A stretch of DNA of 64,000 nucleotides, taken from NCBI GenBank assembly GCA_030390025.1, contig CM059433.1:17610001-17674000 (forward strand), read 5' to 3'. The stretch is from Squalus acanthias. Its lineage: Eukaryota. Below, one piece after another: positions 36,641 through 49,826 of the stretch. Under the pieces are notes generated by a model. The model made no database searches. It saw nothing but the letters and a program-made list of their open reading frames with translations, and was not told the DNA's origin. The translations under genes and the position numbers were made by a program. Within the stretch, counting starts at the first letter, position 1. Every line of letters starts with the position of its first letter.

Positions 36641-37779
36641 ACACAGATGATGTTATCATTTTTAGAGTATGATTTATGGGGAGGGAGGAGAAGAAAAATA
36701 ATACAGTACTATGTATTTTTGAAGTAACTTTGAGAGGCAAGGATAGTCTCTAAGGTTTGATTAGAACAAACACAGCTCACAAGGGAACTGGTTCTGTCTG
36801 GATGTTAAATAATAAATGAGATAGATGCGATGTATCTGAATTTATTCATGCAATAATCATTTCAAAAATTGACTGTATAAGGTAATAGTACAGTGATGGA
36901 GATGTTTTCACACCTCTGACTCACTCAATATTGTACATTGTACAGTCAATCAGTGGCCATGTTAATATTATTTTTAGCTTAGAAGAGGTGGGCGTGGATG
37001 ATGCAACTCTTGTCAATATTAATAATATTTAATGTTATATAGGGATGTGTTACACGCTTCCAAACAAACTTGATACAAAATAAAATAGGCACATGTTAAA
37101 ATAAATCGAGATTTAAAAAAAATTCTTCCAGCGGTGTAAGGAAAATCTCTGGAGTAAGCGGAACCAAATGACACAGATAGTTTTCTTTGTATCTTAAACT
37201 GATTGTGATTTAATTGTTGGTTGGGACATAAATATCTTGTGATCTGAGCCCATGTAGAATAGAAACCGTTCCTCTCAGAGATTCCGTCAATTCTGCAGCA
37301 TTGTGATACAGTTTTATGTGTTCTCCTGTACACATTGTGAAGTATATGTGATGTTTATTTTTCACAATATTTTATGCAGTCCCTGGCGTTAAGAGGGTGC
37401 GTCATTGTTAGTAGTGCAATATCATAAATATCTCCATGTGAGAGTCACTGGCTGACTCATGAGTTTGGTAACTCGTTTGAATTCGCACAGAAAGATAGAA
37501 TCACAGACTGTGACCACCAAAACACTGTTTAAATATCCCAGAATAGCATGTCATTAAAACAGAATCTGGTAAACTCACCAATCCCACACTTCAACAGGGA
37601 GTTGTGTTCAATGGGGAACTGTAGTGTACAGTGTTGCAGTTTTATCTCTTTTAAGATGGACTCCACTGGGAGTGCGAGATTGGTCCATTTATCTTATTTA
37701 GTCACTAGCAGGGGAACTTTGACTCAGTGTAAAATGGATGATATCATATCAGTTGCCTGTTGTACATCTCTCGCGATTT

Positions 37780-38277
37780 ATATTTTCATTGAGTCGACAT
37801 ACTGAGTGTGCCGTCCTCCGCAGGTGCGCCGCTCAATAAAACCTGGTAGGAAGGAAGAAGAGGTCTTCTAAGGTCAGTCAGAAACTTTCCTTGTGGGAAC
37901 AGAAGAAGCACCATCAAACTTTCCTTGATGCTGCTTGTTCGGACCCCACAAGGAAAGTCTGGGCCTCTGCTGCCTTGGGCCCTTCCCCGCCCCCACCCTC
38001 TTTCCACTGACGCGATGACCGTGATCCCATTCCCCCCCCCACACCACAACTTACCTTGATGTCAGTGGGCAGCCAGTGCGCTCCACGATTTTGACCTACC
38101 TGAAGCCAGCCGGCCGCCTCTTTCTGCCCCTTTCAGGCGGGCAGCTAGCCAGTGGGATGCAAACAAGGCCCAGGAGTTCAAATAGCCCGGGCCTCAAGCT
38201 GGCTACGTCGGGCGCACTTGCTGCGCACCCCGACCCCAGCCCGCCCGAAACCCGCTCCCAGTTAAAATCACCCTCAA
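37780..38277. mobile_element. Degenerate MITE related to family B
   Basis: Ends cccagttaaaatcaccctc. Internal C-rich tract and acttacc. Confidence 0.5.
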
Positions 38278-39794
38278 TATCTTAATTCAAAACAAAATAT
38301 GTGGGTGATAAAAAGCATTACAATTTTGTAGTTGTCATGAAAGCAGAATATGTCAGAACGATGGTCCCATTGCTGTATTTCAGGCAAATATCAAAGATAT
38401 AAGAGATTTAATACGAGATGTCTAGGTTTTCATGACTACTGAACCCCAGAGGTGCACAAGGCATTGTAAATGCTGTGCTACACTGTGCACATTCACAGAT
38501 AGATCATTGAGTGGCCAAGTGTGCCATCATGTCTAACCAACAAGTAGCAGAGTTCTGTAACACTGTGTGCTTCGCTGCTCTGATGGGAAATTGCTGGAGA
38601 ATTTGAATTAACCAGTTGAAAGGTGTTGTCTGCCTTTGTAATCACTCCAGGATAAAAATTACTGCCTGTGATATTGTCCGAACGCTTAATGCACTCATAT
38701 CAAATTCCTCCCCCTGTTATTTTAGTGGAAGTGTTAACCCTTTAAAACAATGCCTGTTAAAATAGCAGAGAGGGGAATTTCTGTCCTTGTGCGAGTTATA
38801 TGAAGAAATTGATAACTTAAGAAAGGTCAGGTCAGAATTCAGTCCATTTCTGATCTGCAATCCATGTCGTTTACTTGCTGATGCTCTTCAGTCAGCTTTC
38901 AGGCCCTTCAGTGTGATGACAAATATGGTTGATTGTGTCATTCGCCCAGGTGCCTTGTTTAAGTTTGCATGTGAAGTGAAACAAAAATCCTTTGCAATTA
39001 ATCCAAGAGCCATTCCAACTGTGACACAAAACCAGCTGACATCTTGCTTATAGTGTGGCAACATTTTTACTCAGTAAAGAAGCAATTGGAACGAAATATG
39101 AAGCCCTATGTAACTATACTGACTATGAACTGAAAAGGGCATGGCTTATTGTGTACTCTGATTTCACACGTGTTATGGAAACAATGAAAAGGCTGAAGCC
39201 TGAAAAGTTCAACATCCACAAAGTATTCACTGTCAAGTTAGTTTTGCAAGGAGTTAGGGAAAGGATTTATTGATTCTGGGCCCATTCCCTATACATTGTT
39301 GGTTTGTTTTCACAAGCAGCACACCTTAGAAACCAGTTTCAACATCCTTTTGACTAACATGCACAAGAGAGAGCGTACATCAGTCGAATGTCATAACATC
39401 CGGCATCTAAAATGTGAAGGGAATGAAACATGTTGCAGCATACAACACAAGTCATTGATCGCTGGAGAAAGGGTACATTCTCTTCAAGATTTGGAGGCTG
39501 CAAGTTTATTTTTCAGTGATTTAATGCCTTTGATGTGGTACGTACGCAATCTTTTGAGTGCCGAGCTAAGGATATCCCTGAAAACAAAGATCTTCACATT
39601 CATCAGTTCTGGCAGAGACAACATTAACAATAGCCTGACTTGTCAGGTTAGTATCTTGGGCATTTTGGGCTTGCCAAGTGATAAATGCCAATGTTTAAAG
39701 GTTTTTCTCCAAGGTGAAAATCTTTACCAGTTGGGGATTAAAAAAATGCTCGAGGAACACAGAATATGTACAGTGTGATTTATTATGTATCAGT

Positions 39795-41352
39795 TTGGCT
39801 CGGTTAGTAACATTCTCACTTTTGAGCCAGATGCCCGTGAGCTCCAGCCCCACTGTAGGTCTGGAACATGTAATCTCGGCTGATGCTCCACTGCAGTGCT
39901 GAGGAACTGCTGCATTGTCACAGGTACCAGCGTTCAGAGGATGCGGGCAATTCCATGCTCCCGGTGGGAAGCGGGGCTTGAAGTGCGCATGGGCTGGAGA
40001 TCTTATTCTACTCTTGGGATGTTGATGACACTCACAGGATCATATTTATTGCCCATCACTCGTCGCTTGTGAAAGTGATGTGGGTATTCTTCTAACGATT
40101 GTTCTACTTGCTTGCGAGGCTACTTTTTTATTTGCTTATGGGATCTGGGCGCCGCTGGCAAGGCCAACATTTATTGCCCATCCCTAGTTGCCCTTGAGAA
40201 GGTGATGGTGAGCTGCCTTCTTGAACTGCTGCAGTCCGTGTGGTGAAGGTACTCCCACAGTGCTGTTAGGGAGGGAGTTCCAGGATTTTGACCCAGCGAC
40301 GATGAAGGAACGGCGATATACTTCTGAGTCAGGATGGTGTGTGACTTGGAGGGGAAATTGGAGGTGGTGGTGTTCCCATGCGCCTGCTGCCCTTGTCCTT
40401 CTAGGTGGAAGAGGTCGCGGGTTTGGGAGGTGCTGCCGAAGAAGCCTTGGTGAGTTGCTGCAGTGCATCTTGTAGATGGTACACACTGCAGCCACGGTGC
40501 GCCGGTGGTGGAGGGAGTGAATGTTTAAGGTGGTGGATGGGGTGCCAATCAAACTGCAGAGGATATGAAGAGTCAGTCACATAGTCAGTGTGGGTCCGGG
40601 GGCATGTGTAAGCCAGACCAGGTAGAGGTGACAGTGGACTAGTTGGGTTTTTATGACAATCTGGCAAAACCAATCATTCTTTTTCCTGCTGCCAGCCAAC
40701 AAATGACCAGATTTATAGAATTCAATTTCACGACTTGCCATGGTGAGATTTGAACTCATGAAATCTGTACCATACCCACTACACTATTGCACTGCAGGGT
40801 TACAACATTGTAGCCCCAAATCTTTGACCCAAATTGGCCTATGTTTTTATCTGGTTTTTCGCCTCTCCCAGAAGATCACATGGTTTTGGGTGGGGTAGGG
40901 AGTGCATATGTATCACAATTGTGTGGGACAGGCTGGATGGACCAGAGGGTGTTTTCCTGTCCGTCATTCTTCGTATGTTTGTCATCCTCGTGAGCTCTGC
41001 TTCCCACTGAGAGCATGTGATTGCGGGATTATCCCTGAATTATTTAAACAAGGCCCTGTCCGTCTATTGCAGTGATTCTGATGGATATTAAAGATACCAT
41101 GAACTATTTAAAGAAGACCAGGAAGTTCTCCTAGTGTACTGGCCAACAGTCTTCCCTCAACCAACACCATCAAAAATAGATTCATCGAATTGTTCATCTC
41201 ATTGCTTTTTGTGATACATTGGTGTGTGCAAAATGGCTGCCATTTTTGCCTACACAACAACAGTCATTGCATTTCAGCATCATTCATCGTGATGTGCTTT
41301 GTGACGTTTCTCACAGACGTAATAAGGTGCTATATAAATACGAGAAGTCCTT
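39795..41352 (+). mobile_element. DeuSINE-like SINE split by about 1.1 kb of nested insertions
   Basis: tRNA-like head at 39795-39930. Body and L2-type tail at 41045-41352 (aaggtgctatataaat). Confidence 0.6.
40128..40552 (-). mobile_element. 3' end of the tRNA-headed LINE family
   Basis: ORF 40184-40552 is nearly identical to 52580-52947. Confidence 0.9.
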
Positions 41353-42519
41353 CATGGAGCAGAATCCAGGTGTTGTGACAGCGGAGGGAGCAGACATTGA
41401 GCTGGAATCTGTCTCCATCTGGTTGCCACCCATTGATCGCTGTGACGGCACATTTTGATGGGAGTGTGGGAATCAGGCGCTCCTTCCACCTGCCCCCTCT
41501 GTTCCGACGTCAGTTTTTGGGTGTGATTTTGGGGAGTGGGACTTCCCAGGCTCGCCTGCAATTCCTGCCAGACACGCCAGCAATGTGCTCAGTAGGCGGT
41601 TGTGTCGTACAGGGCTGCATGTGAGACCCACTGAGGAGAAATCAAGTGGTAATTAATACCAGTGGAATTAATGACAATTGCCATATGGGCCCATCAGTGA
41701 GTGAGCAAGAGCAGAAAGTTCCGTTTATGAAAATTGACTAATTTTAAGTGAGTTCTTGTTTGACAAATTAAATGAATCTCATCAATATTATATCTAGGAA
41801 TAAACCTGTTTTTCACATCAGATAATATTTAATTTATTTTGTGGAGTGAATTGTGGTGGAACAGCCCTGCTTTACAATGAACCAATGGGAACCATAACGG
41901 CTATGAGGCTAGTAATAAGCAAACAACAAGCTGTGGACAGGCTTTGTTTGATGGGCGGTCGTTTCAATTTTCCTCTGATTTTAACCTGTTTATTGATGAA
42001 AACTGCAAGGACTCAATAAAACACCAGATTTAGTGCAAACAGCAAATGGCTAAAGATAACCAGTGAAGGGCATAAAATTAAACACTGCAGACTGCAAACC
42101 CTAGTTATAGTCCTCCAGAGTCAAGACAAATAATATTTGAAACTGGGGGCACATCTGATAGCTATTTGCAAATTAATCTCAGCCAGGCTTGCATTTAAAG
42201 GGCTGCTATTTATGTCTCGCCACATAGCATAGAACAGTACCTGCTGAACACAGGGCAAAAGCCATATAAACCTCCATTGTTGGCCCGTTTTACTGCATCT
42301 GAGGGTACAGAGATGGCTTGAGATTCAATATAATTTACTGGAAAATAAGTTTTTAAACTCTTAATAATCTACTCTGATCACACTGTGAAAGATCTTCTCA
42401 AGGAGGATGTCTAGCATTTTGGGTAATAGTTTTTAATAGCATTCTGTGTTCATGCACTTAATCCAAATTCCATGATAAATGTACTAGTCACCTCGGGGAA
42501 ATAGCAGAATCCTGTAGAA

Positions 42520-43150
42520 TAACAACAACAACTTGCATTTATATAATGCCTTTAATGTAGAAAAACATCCCAAATCACTTCACACAGGCTTAATCAGAAA
42601 TAAATAGATGCTGAACCAAAGAAGGAGATATTAGGAGGGGCTATCTTCAAGCTGCCCCTTAGCGATATCATCCACAAACATGGGGTCAGCTTCCACATCT
42701 GCTGATGTTTCCAAATTGTAGCATATAGATGAGGACATGGAGGGGCCAAGGACAGATCATTGGAGGACTCCAGATGTAACACCACGGTGAGAAAAGCCAT
42801 TGCTGGAGATGCTCTGGTTTCAATCGAATATGTAAGGATGAAAGTGTGGGAGGACAGTCTCATTGAGCTGTACAATGGAGGACAGGTGTTGGAGGAGGAT
42901 GGTGTGGTTGACCATGCCAAAGGAGGCTCCAGAGAGGTTGAGGAGGGATCATGCATCATGGCCACAGCCATAGACTAAGTCATTTGTGACTTTGGTTAGG
43001 GCCGTTTTTCTGTGACGGGGAAGGAATCCCGATTGGAGCAATTCAAACATAAGTTGTGGAAATGATGGACACAGATTTGGAAGGTGACAACACATTCAAG
43101 GACTTTAGAGAAAGAAAGGAGTTTGCAATGGCACTGGAGTCAAGGATGGG
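42520..43150 (-). mobile_element. Rearranged L2 fragments
   Basis: (CAA)n tail plus aacttgcatttatataatgccttt. A short inverted RT piece at 42645-42705. Confidence 0.6.
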
Positions 43151-43296
43151 TCGAAAGAACAAAATATCTGGGATTTTATCATGACCTTATAAGACTGTGG
43201 GAGTAACATGATGGCAACCTTGGTTTAATTTCTCCCCAGCCCCTGAACAGCCTATTCGCAGGTGTGTGTCCGTGAAAAGATTTAAACTGCCCCAGA

Positions 43297-43735
43297 TGCA
43301 ACAACAACAACTTGTACTTTTAATAGCACCTTTAACGTAGTAAAACGTCCCAAGGCGCTTCACAAGAGCGTTATCAAACAAAATTTGACACGAGCCACAT
43401 AAGGAGATGTGAGGGCAGATGACCAAAAGCTTGGTCCAAGAGGTAGGTTTTACGGAGTGTCTTAAAGAAGGAGAGAGATTTAGAAAGGCAGAGAGGTTTC
43501 GGGAGGGAGTTCCTGAGCTCTGGGCCTCAGCAGCTGAAAATACAGCTGTCAATGGTGGAGCGAGTAAAATCAGGAATGCACAAGAGGCCAGAATTGGAGG
43601 AGCGCAGATATCTCGGAGGGTTGTAGGGCTGGAGCAGGTACAGAGATAGGGAGGGGCGAGGCCATTAGAGGGATTTGAAAACAAGGATGAGAATTTTTAA
43701 ATCGCGACGTTGCTTAACTGGGAGCAATGTAAGCC
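43297..43735 (-). mobile_element. L2 LINE 3' end
   Basis: Matches 33070-33490. Confidence 0.9.
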
Positions 43736-43792
43736 ATCGATGCATGATTTAGTTGGTGTGTCCAGAAGCTTCACTGATACACAGATGCACAA

Positions 43793-45063
43793 ATTTCAAA
43801 AGGGGAGGTCATGCTTGACCAACCTTATTGAATTCTTTGAATAAGTAACAGAAAGAGTAGACAAGGGTAATGCAGTAGCTGTAAGACATTTGGATTTTCA
43901 AAAGGCCTTCGTTAAGGTACAGCATAATAGACTCATGACTAAGATCACAACATGTGGAGTCAGGGGACAAGTAGCAGAATGGATTTCAAGCTGGCTACAA
44001 AACAGAAAACAGAGAGTAGGGGTTAAAGGTAGTTACGCAGACTGGCAAAAGGTGGGAAGTGGTGTTCCACAGAGATCGGTGCTGGGACCACTCTTCATCA
44101 TTTACAGAAACGATTTGGACTCGGGAATCAGAAGTACAATTTCAAAATTTGTGGATGACTCCAAATTGGGAGGTGTAGATAATGCGACAAAATACAAGAA
44201 GACATTAATAAACTTGCAGAATGGGTGTATAAGTGACAAATGAATTGAAATATATATAAGTGTGAGGTGGTGCATTTTGGTAGGAGCAATGAGAGTCTTA
44301 ATGGGGTTGAGGAACAAAAGGATCTAGGGGTACAGATACACAGATCACTAAAAGTAGTGACACAGGTTAATTCGGCCATAAAAAGCAAACAAAGCACTGG
44401 GGTTCATTTCCAGAGGGATCGAATTGAAAAGTAGAGAAGTTATGTTAAACTTGTATCGGACCTTGGTTAGACCACACTTGGAGTACTGTGCACAGTTCTG
44501 GTCTCCACATTATAAAAAGGATATAGAGGCACTGGAGAAGATGCAAGAAAAGATTTACAAGGATGATACCAGAAGTGAGAGGTTAAACACAGCACTGTAA
44601 ATTTTATGATATTCTCTCAGGAAAGATTGAACAGGCTGGGACTCTTTTCTCTAGAAAAGAGAAGGCTGAAGGGTGACCCGATAGAGGCCTTTAAGGTTAT
44701 GAAAGTATTTGATAGGGGAGACATAGAGAAGATATTTCCAGTTGTGGGGGGAGACCAAACTCGGGGCCAAAAATTTAAGATGGTTACTAATAAATCCAAT
44801 AGGTAATTCAGGAGAAACTTCTTTATACCGAAAGTGTTTAGTATGTGGAACACGCTACCACAAGGAATAGTTGAGGCGAATAGCATCGATGCATTTAAGA
44901 GGGAGCTAAATAAACACATGAGGGAGAAAGGAATAGAAGGTTATGCTGTCAGGGTTAGATGAAGTAGGGTGGGAGGAGGCTCATGTGGAGCATAAATGCC
45001 GGCATAGACCAGTTGGGCCGAATGGCCTGTTTCTGTGCTGTACATTCAGTGTAATTCTATGTA
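43793..45063 (+). mobile_element. CR1 LINE, 5'-truncated and degenerate
   Basis: DFQKAF, SGVPQRSVLGP, KFVDD and LEKRRLKGD. Tail tgtaattctatgtaa. Confidence 0.9.
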
Positions 45064-45589
45064 AGCTGAGACTTGAGTGCCTAAGAGCCTGAGGTTAGAA
45101 GCTGTTTGTGAAAGAGCAGGGAGCAATGATTGTTTTGTAAAGTTAACATCTACTGAGAGACCTGGAACTTGCTAATTGAAAGTTTAGGGCGTAGAATGGT
45201 GAAGGTAAGGTTCAGCGTTTGACTATCAGATAAAAAACTCCTGCAACTGGAATTAATCATTAGAGGAGCCCGCGTGTGCCGCCTGCAAGAAGCCATCAAT
45301 TCGACACCCAGGACGTAAGGACACAGGTCATTAGTGTTCAGTTGTTGGATTTGGGGGGTGGGGAAACCAGGTAGGGTACTGCTCTCAAAGCTCAAGTGGT
45401 AGATAAAGGAAAATGAATCTTGACAAAGAACTGCACATTTCAAATATAATATAGACATTGACATTTTCACTATTACTACAAATAATGTATGTGTATCATG
45501 CAGGAAAATGTGAAACTTAAGGCAGTAATAGGTCTTCTGCCATGCTTTGTTTGTTGACTAGTTTCTTGAAATCCAGATTGTAATCTGTT

Positions 45590-45805
45590 GCAATCCTTTC
45601 TTTCACTTCCTCTTCCCCCGTCTCTTTCATTCCACCCACTCTATTTTTCTTTCATTCCGTCCCAATTTTCCATTCTGTCTTTTTCTCCTTTTTATTCTCT
45701 GCTTCATTCTCCCCTCCGTCTCTCGTTCTGCCTTTATCCCTCTCAATGCCCTCATTTTTCCCCTCCCTCTCTTTCCACCCTTTTCCCTCTCATTCTCTCA
45801 TTCAA
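45590..45805. repeat. CT-rich low-complexity tract
   Basis: About 200 bp of mostly pyrimidines on the plus strand. Confidence 0.8.
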
Positions 45806-45987
45806 TTATCGTTATTAATGATCCCAAAGGATCTCAATGTTTTACACACGAGAAGTAAATAGCAGAAACCATGGAGTCTTTGTTTTATTTTCAAAAACGA
45901 TTGAAGTCAATGTCTAAAGTAAAAAGGAGGGCAGCCCAACTCCCCTCTAAATTACAGGCTAAATTCTGAGTCCAAAAATGTGGGCAT

Positions 45988-46086
45988 AAGATTTCCTCAG
46001 TTCACTGTTTGTGGCAAAATCATAAAATACGTTCTTTATAAACATGTTCACGATTTTGCCACAAAATATGAAGAGAGGAAATCTTC
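45988..46086. mobile_element. Short hairpin MITE remnant
   Basis: aagatttcctc...ttca...tttgtggcaaaatc paired with gattttgccacaaa...tgaa...gaggaaatctt. Confidence 0.6.
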
Positions 46087-46759
46087 CTTGGTGACGTCTA
46101 TTTTCCAAATGGTCAGTTGCTCAACCAAAAAGTAGACATCGCAAATGTTTGTGTTTCAGGGATTGTTATGCGATAGAAAATGTCCGTGGTCCTTCAATAA
46201 GTTTGAATTCCATTGAATATATTAGGGTATATTTTCCAGTTGTCATGGCCGGTGGTGCAAGAGTGAACAGGATGAGCAAGGGTCAGATTACCGGGCGTAT
46301 ATACATATGACAAGATCTGTGTCACCTTTGCACTGAGTGAGATCTTCCAGCCAGCCTTTTGGCCTGACCAAATGTGGTCTCACCCAACATATTTAAGAGC
46401 TTCATTTAAATATAATAATTTATATTAATCAGATCATGAGTTTCTGTCCACCAAAGATGAGATTGTCATTAGCACGCCGTTGGCTTGTTTCAAGTGGGCC
46501 TAAGGCTTCACGCGGGATGGAGATCTTAATGCTGCAGAGGCGTTTTAGCCAATATTTTATTTTGAGTGTTATTTTAGCCCATCCTTGTGAAATAGCTCCC
46601 AAAAATCTTCAGAACTGGTGCAATGCCCCACAAAATGGAAACCCCTTCCTGACACCAGCCCCATAGCCACATGTCAATCTCTCTAATCTTTCTATCCTTC
46701 CCAATTCTAGCATCTAGCTGGTTGAGTAATTGAGAAATTACCACACTTGAAGTCCTGCT

Positions 46760-47096
46760 CCTAAGCTTGCTTCCTAATGTTCTGGGCGTTCCTGCTCCAG
46801 TCTGTTCCCCTTGCTTTCTCTAACCTGTGGATAGTCACTAATCCTTCCTCTACCACTGCCAGCTCCCCATCTCTCAATGGGGTGACTGCCTTTGAAACCT
46901 TTGCTCCAAAAACCGCTCTTCCCTCCTTAACACGTCAGATTGTTACCAACTCTGCCTCAAGTTCTATGATCTTGAGCTCAAGTAGTTTCAGTTGGAGACA
47001 CGTCGCCCAGGTGCATTTGTACGAGTCAAGGTGTGCTACTCAAAACTCCCACGTCCTGCAAGAACTGCACATCACTGTCCCTTCTTGGGCCGCCAT
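46760..47096 (-). pseudogene. Old CR1 ORF1 N-terminal fragment
   Basis: Manual translation MAAQEGTVMCSSCRTWEF*...C...CLQLKLLELKIIELEAEL...AVTP parallels the ORF1 at 11950-12170. Confidence 0.7.
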
Positions 47097-47679
47097 TCTA
47101 ACTATAAATAACAGCAAGATGTCGCAGATGCTGGAAATCTGAAATAGAAACAGAAAATTTAGGAAACATTCAGGAGGTCACTATAAATGTTAGTTAAGTT
47201 ATGGTTAAGTTTATATTCTCTATTGACTTAAACTTCAATGAAGCTACTCTGCTCCACTCCAGTGAAATTGCCATTTTAGAAATACTGTACTCACTCTGTA
47301 CCCACCTCACTGCATTGCAAGCTCAGTCCGGGGTGTGCTCGCCACCCAAACTCTTACTACTGCACTACTGCATTTCCCAAAGTAGAGACGTAGCGGGTTT
47401 TTATTCTTCCTCTGCCACCACCACTTGGTCCTCTGTGCTGGGACTCCTGCAGTGCTATCTCCTCAAGCTCTCTGTCTGCATCCTTTTGGGACTTGTGTAG
47501 CTTTGCTGGCGCTTATGAATATTCATGAGAGGTCTGCAGGAGATGTTATCGCTGACAGTGCTGGAAAGCTGCTCATCTAGGCCTACAATGACACAGAAGG
47601 GATAAATGGTAGACTCCAAGTTACACCCTACAAACAAATTCTATATTACAAGATACTGACTGCATCTGATTAGAAAGTA

Positions 47680-49813
47680 CAGGAATCCCTCCCCAACCAC
47701 GGGGGATGCGTCCCTGAAAACACCCGTGGTTGGTAAAACCGTGCTTGGCAAATATAAGACCCTATGGGAAAAATGGGGTTCGGGGGAACGCGGCCGCATT
47801 AAAACTCTTCAGAGCCTGTGTAAGTTGCTTGTTCTTTTATTAAATACACAAATAAAATACACAATAACGTAACAAAAACAATAAATGTTCAAATAACACA
47901 ATAAAAAAGATCAACTGGGCGGTTTCTTGAAGAATTCTGCGATGGATGGTTGACTCTTTTTTTTCTGAATATCTTTCTGGACCTGCTTGTCTGGTCTCAT
48001 TAAATCCTCCAAACCTCGCTTGAATTTTAAACTACGCTCCAAGAATGGGTCAATCTCCATAAAGAGGTCGGAGAGATTAGTAGCAAGGAGCATTGCCTTG
48101 CTAAGGTTGGCACTTGTCATCTTCGACTTCTCCACCATATCCTCATCTTTAGCTTCATCCTCTGCCTCACTAGAATGCTGTATCAGCTCATCAAGGTCCT
48201 CCTCCGTCAACTCCTCGCCGTGCAACTCAAGGAGCTCCTCGATGTCATCAGGCTGTATGTCGGCCAGCTCCCAAACGTCGTGCAACCTTCACAATGCGCT
48301 GAACTTCAGCGTCAACTGTAGGGAAGCCTCGGAAGTCATTCACTGCCTCCTTCCAAAGTTTACCCCAGCAGGCGTTGATTGTCATCCTCTTCAGTTCATC
48401 CATCGATTCTTTTATGTTGGTGATGCAGTCAGTGATGGTGTAATCCTTCCAACAAGTTTTCACCGTCAGTGTTGCGTCATCCTCCATAGCCTCCATCATG
48501 CGGTCAAAGCTGCGTCGTATGTAGTATGCCTTGAAGGTGGCTATCACACCTTGGTCCATGGGTTGAAGGAGTGATGTCGTATTGGGAGGTAGGAAGACGA
48601 CTTCGATATTAGGGTGGGCGAATTGGAGTGCCAGCGGGTGGCCGGGGGCATTGTCGAGGATGAGTAGGACCGTGAAGGCCAGATTTTGTCTCACAAGGTA
48701 CCGCTCCACGTCATGCACAAAACAGTTATGAAACCAGTCCATGAAGAATGCAGCAGTAACCCACGCCTTGCGGTTAGAACGGCAAAAGACAGGGAGATAG
48801 TTTTTGTTTTTGCCCTTCAGAGCGCGGGGATTCAGAGAGCGGTAGAGCAGCATCAGCTTCACTAAACAGTCTCCCTCGGCGTTAGCACAAAGGAGAAGGG
48901 TCACCCTATCCTTAGCCACCTTGAATCCCGAAGTGTGCTTCTCAGCCTTCGCGATGAAAGTTCGGGAAGGCATCCACTTCCAGAAGAGACCAGTCTCATC
49001 CGCATTAAATACCTGCTCCGGCAGGTAACCCTTCTCGGCGATCAACTTCTTCTGCTCTTCCGGGAACCTGGCAGCGGCCTCAGATCGGCTGAGGCCGATT
49101 CCCCCACAACCTTAAGGTTAGTCAAGGCGAACCTCCTCTTAAAATTTTCCAACCAGTCCTTACTCGCTTGAAACTTTGTCATCTACACTTTCCCCGGCAG
49201 CCACAGTAAGATGCTTGTAGATACTAAGGGCCTTCTTACGTACCCATGCAGAATTAACATTCGCTTTTTTCTGGTTCTGGTCTTCCAACCAGATATTAAG
49301 TGCCTTCTCCATTTTTTCAAGCTTATGGTCCTGTGGCATAAACGACACTTTAGCACTTTTTGAAGAGCCACCCGCAATACTAGCCCTTATCGACACTTCA
49401 CTTTTTTTTATGGTTCTAATGGTGGACTCGTTAACCCCCATTCGTCGTCCAACCGACGCTTAACTTTCACCATGGGCAAGTCTATTAACGACATCTAATT
49501 TCCTATCTAAGGTTAGTACATTCCTTGCCCTTTTCGCTATTGATTCACCTTTACCACTGAGATTACGCTTAGGGGCCATGATTAAGGGCTAAACGTTCAC
49601 ACACACACACACAGTACAGGTACAGTATATCCATGAATGGAGCGAGACCACGGTGTTATGCTGAAAAGAGCGGCGCGGATGAATGCAGTCTCGTGTTTGG
49701 CACACCGCGTATACACAAAATTCACTGCCGCGGTTGGCAAAAATTGTCGCAGAGGAAACCGTGTATACGTGAAATTCGCGTAGGGCAAAACCGCGGTTGG
49801 GGCGGGATTCCTG
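47680..49813 (-). mobile_element. Full-length Tigger/pogo DNA transposon (2134 bp)
   Basis: 23-bp TIRs caggaatccctccccaaccacgg / ccgcggttggggcgggattcctg (2 mismatches). TA on both sides. Confidence 0.95.
47911..49579 (-). pseudogene. Tigger-family transposase (HTH-psq/CENP-B HTH plus DDE_1, DD32D), disrupted
   Basis: MAPKR start, NESTIRTIKK, FNADETG, LILDNAPGH, QPMDQGVIATFK and C-terminal QPSIAEFF (PIP-box-like). In-frame stops and at least one frameshift near 48260. Confidence 0.92.
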
Positions 49814-49826
49814 TATTACAAAGTAT

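Noticed and set aside
39296..39778. 160-aa ORF in unique sequence
   Set aside because: Non-ATG start, no recognisable motif, and composition typical of non-coding DNA.
47911..49579. Domesticated TIGD/CENP-B-like host gene
   Set aside because: The ORF is broken and is flanked by TIRs and a TA TSD, as expected for a transposon copy.
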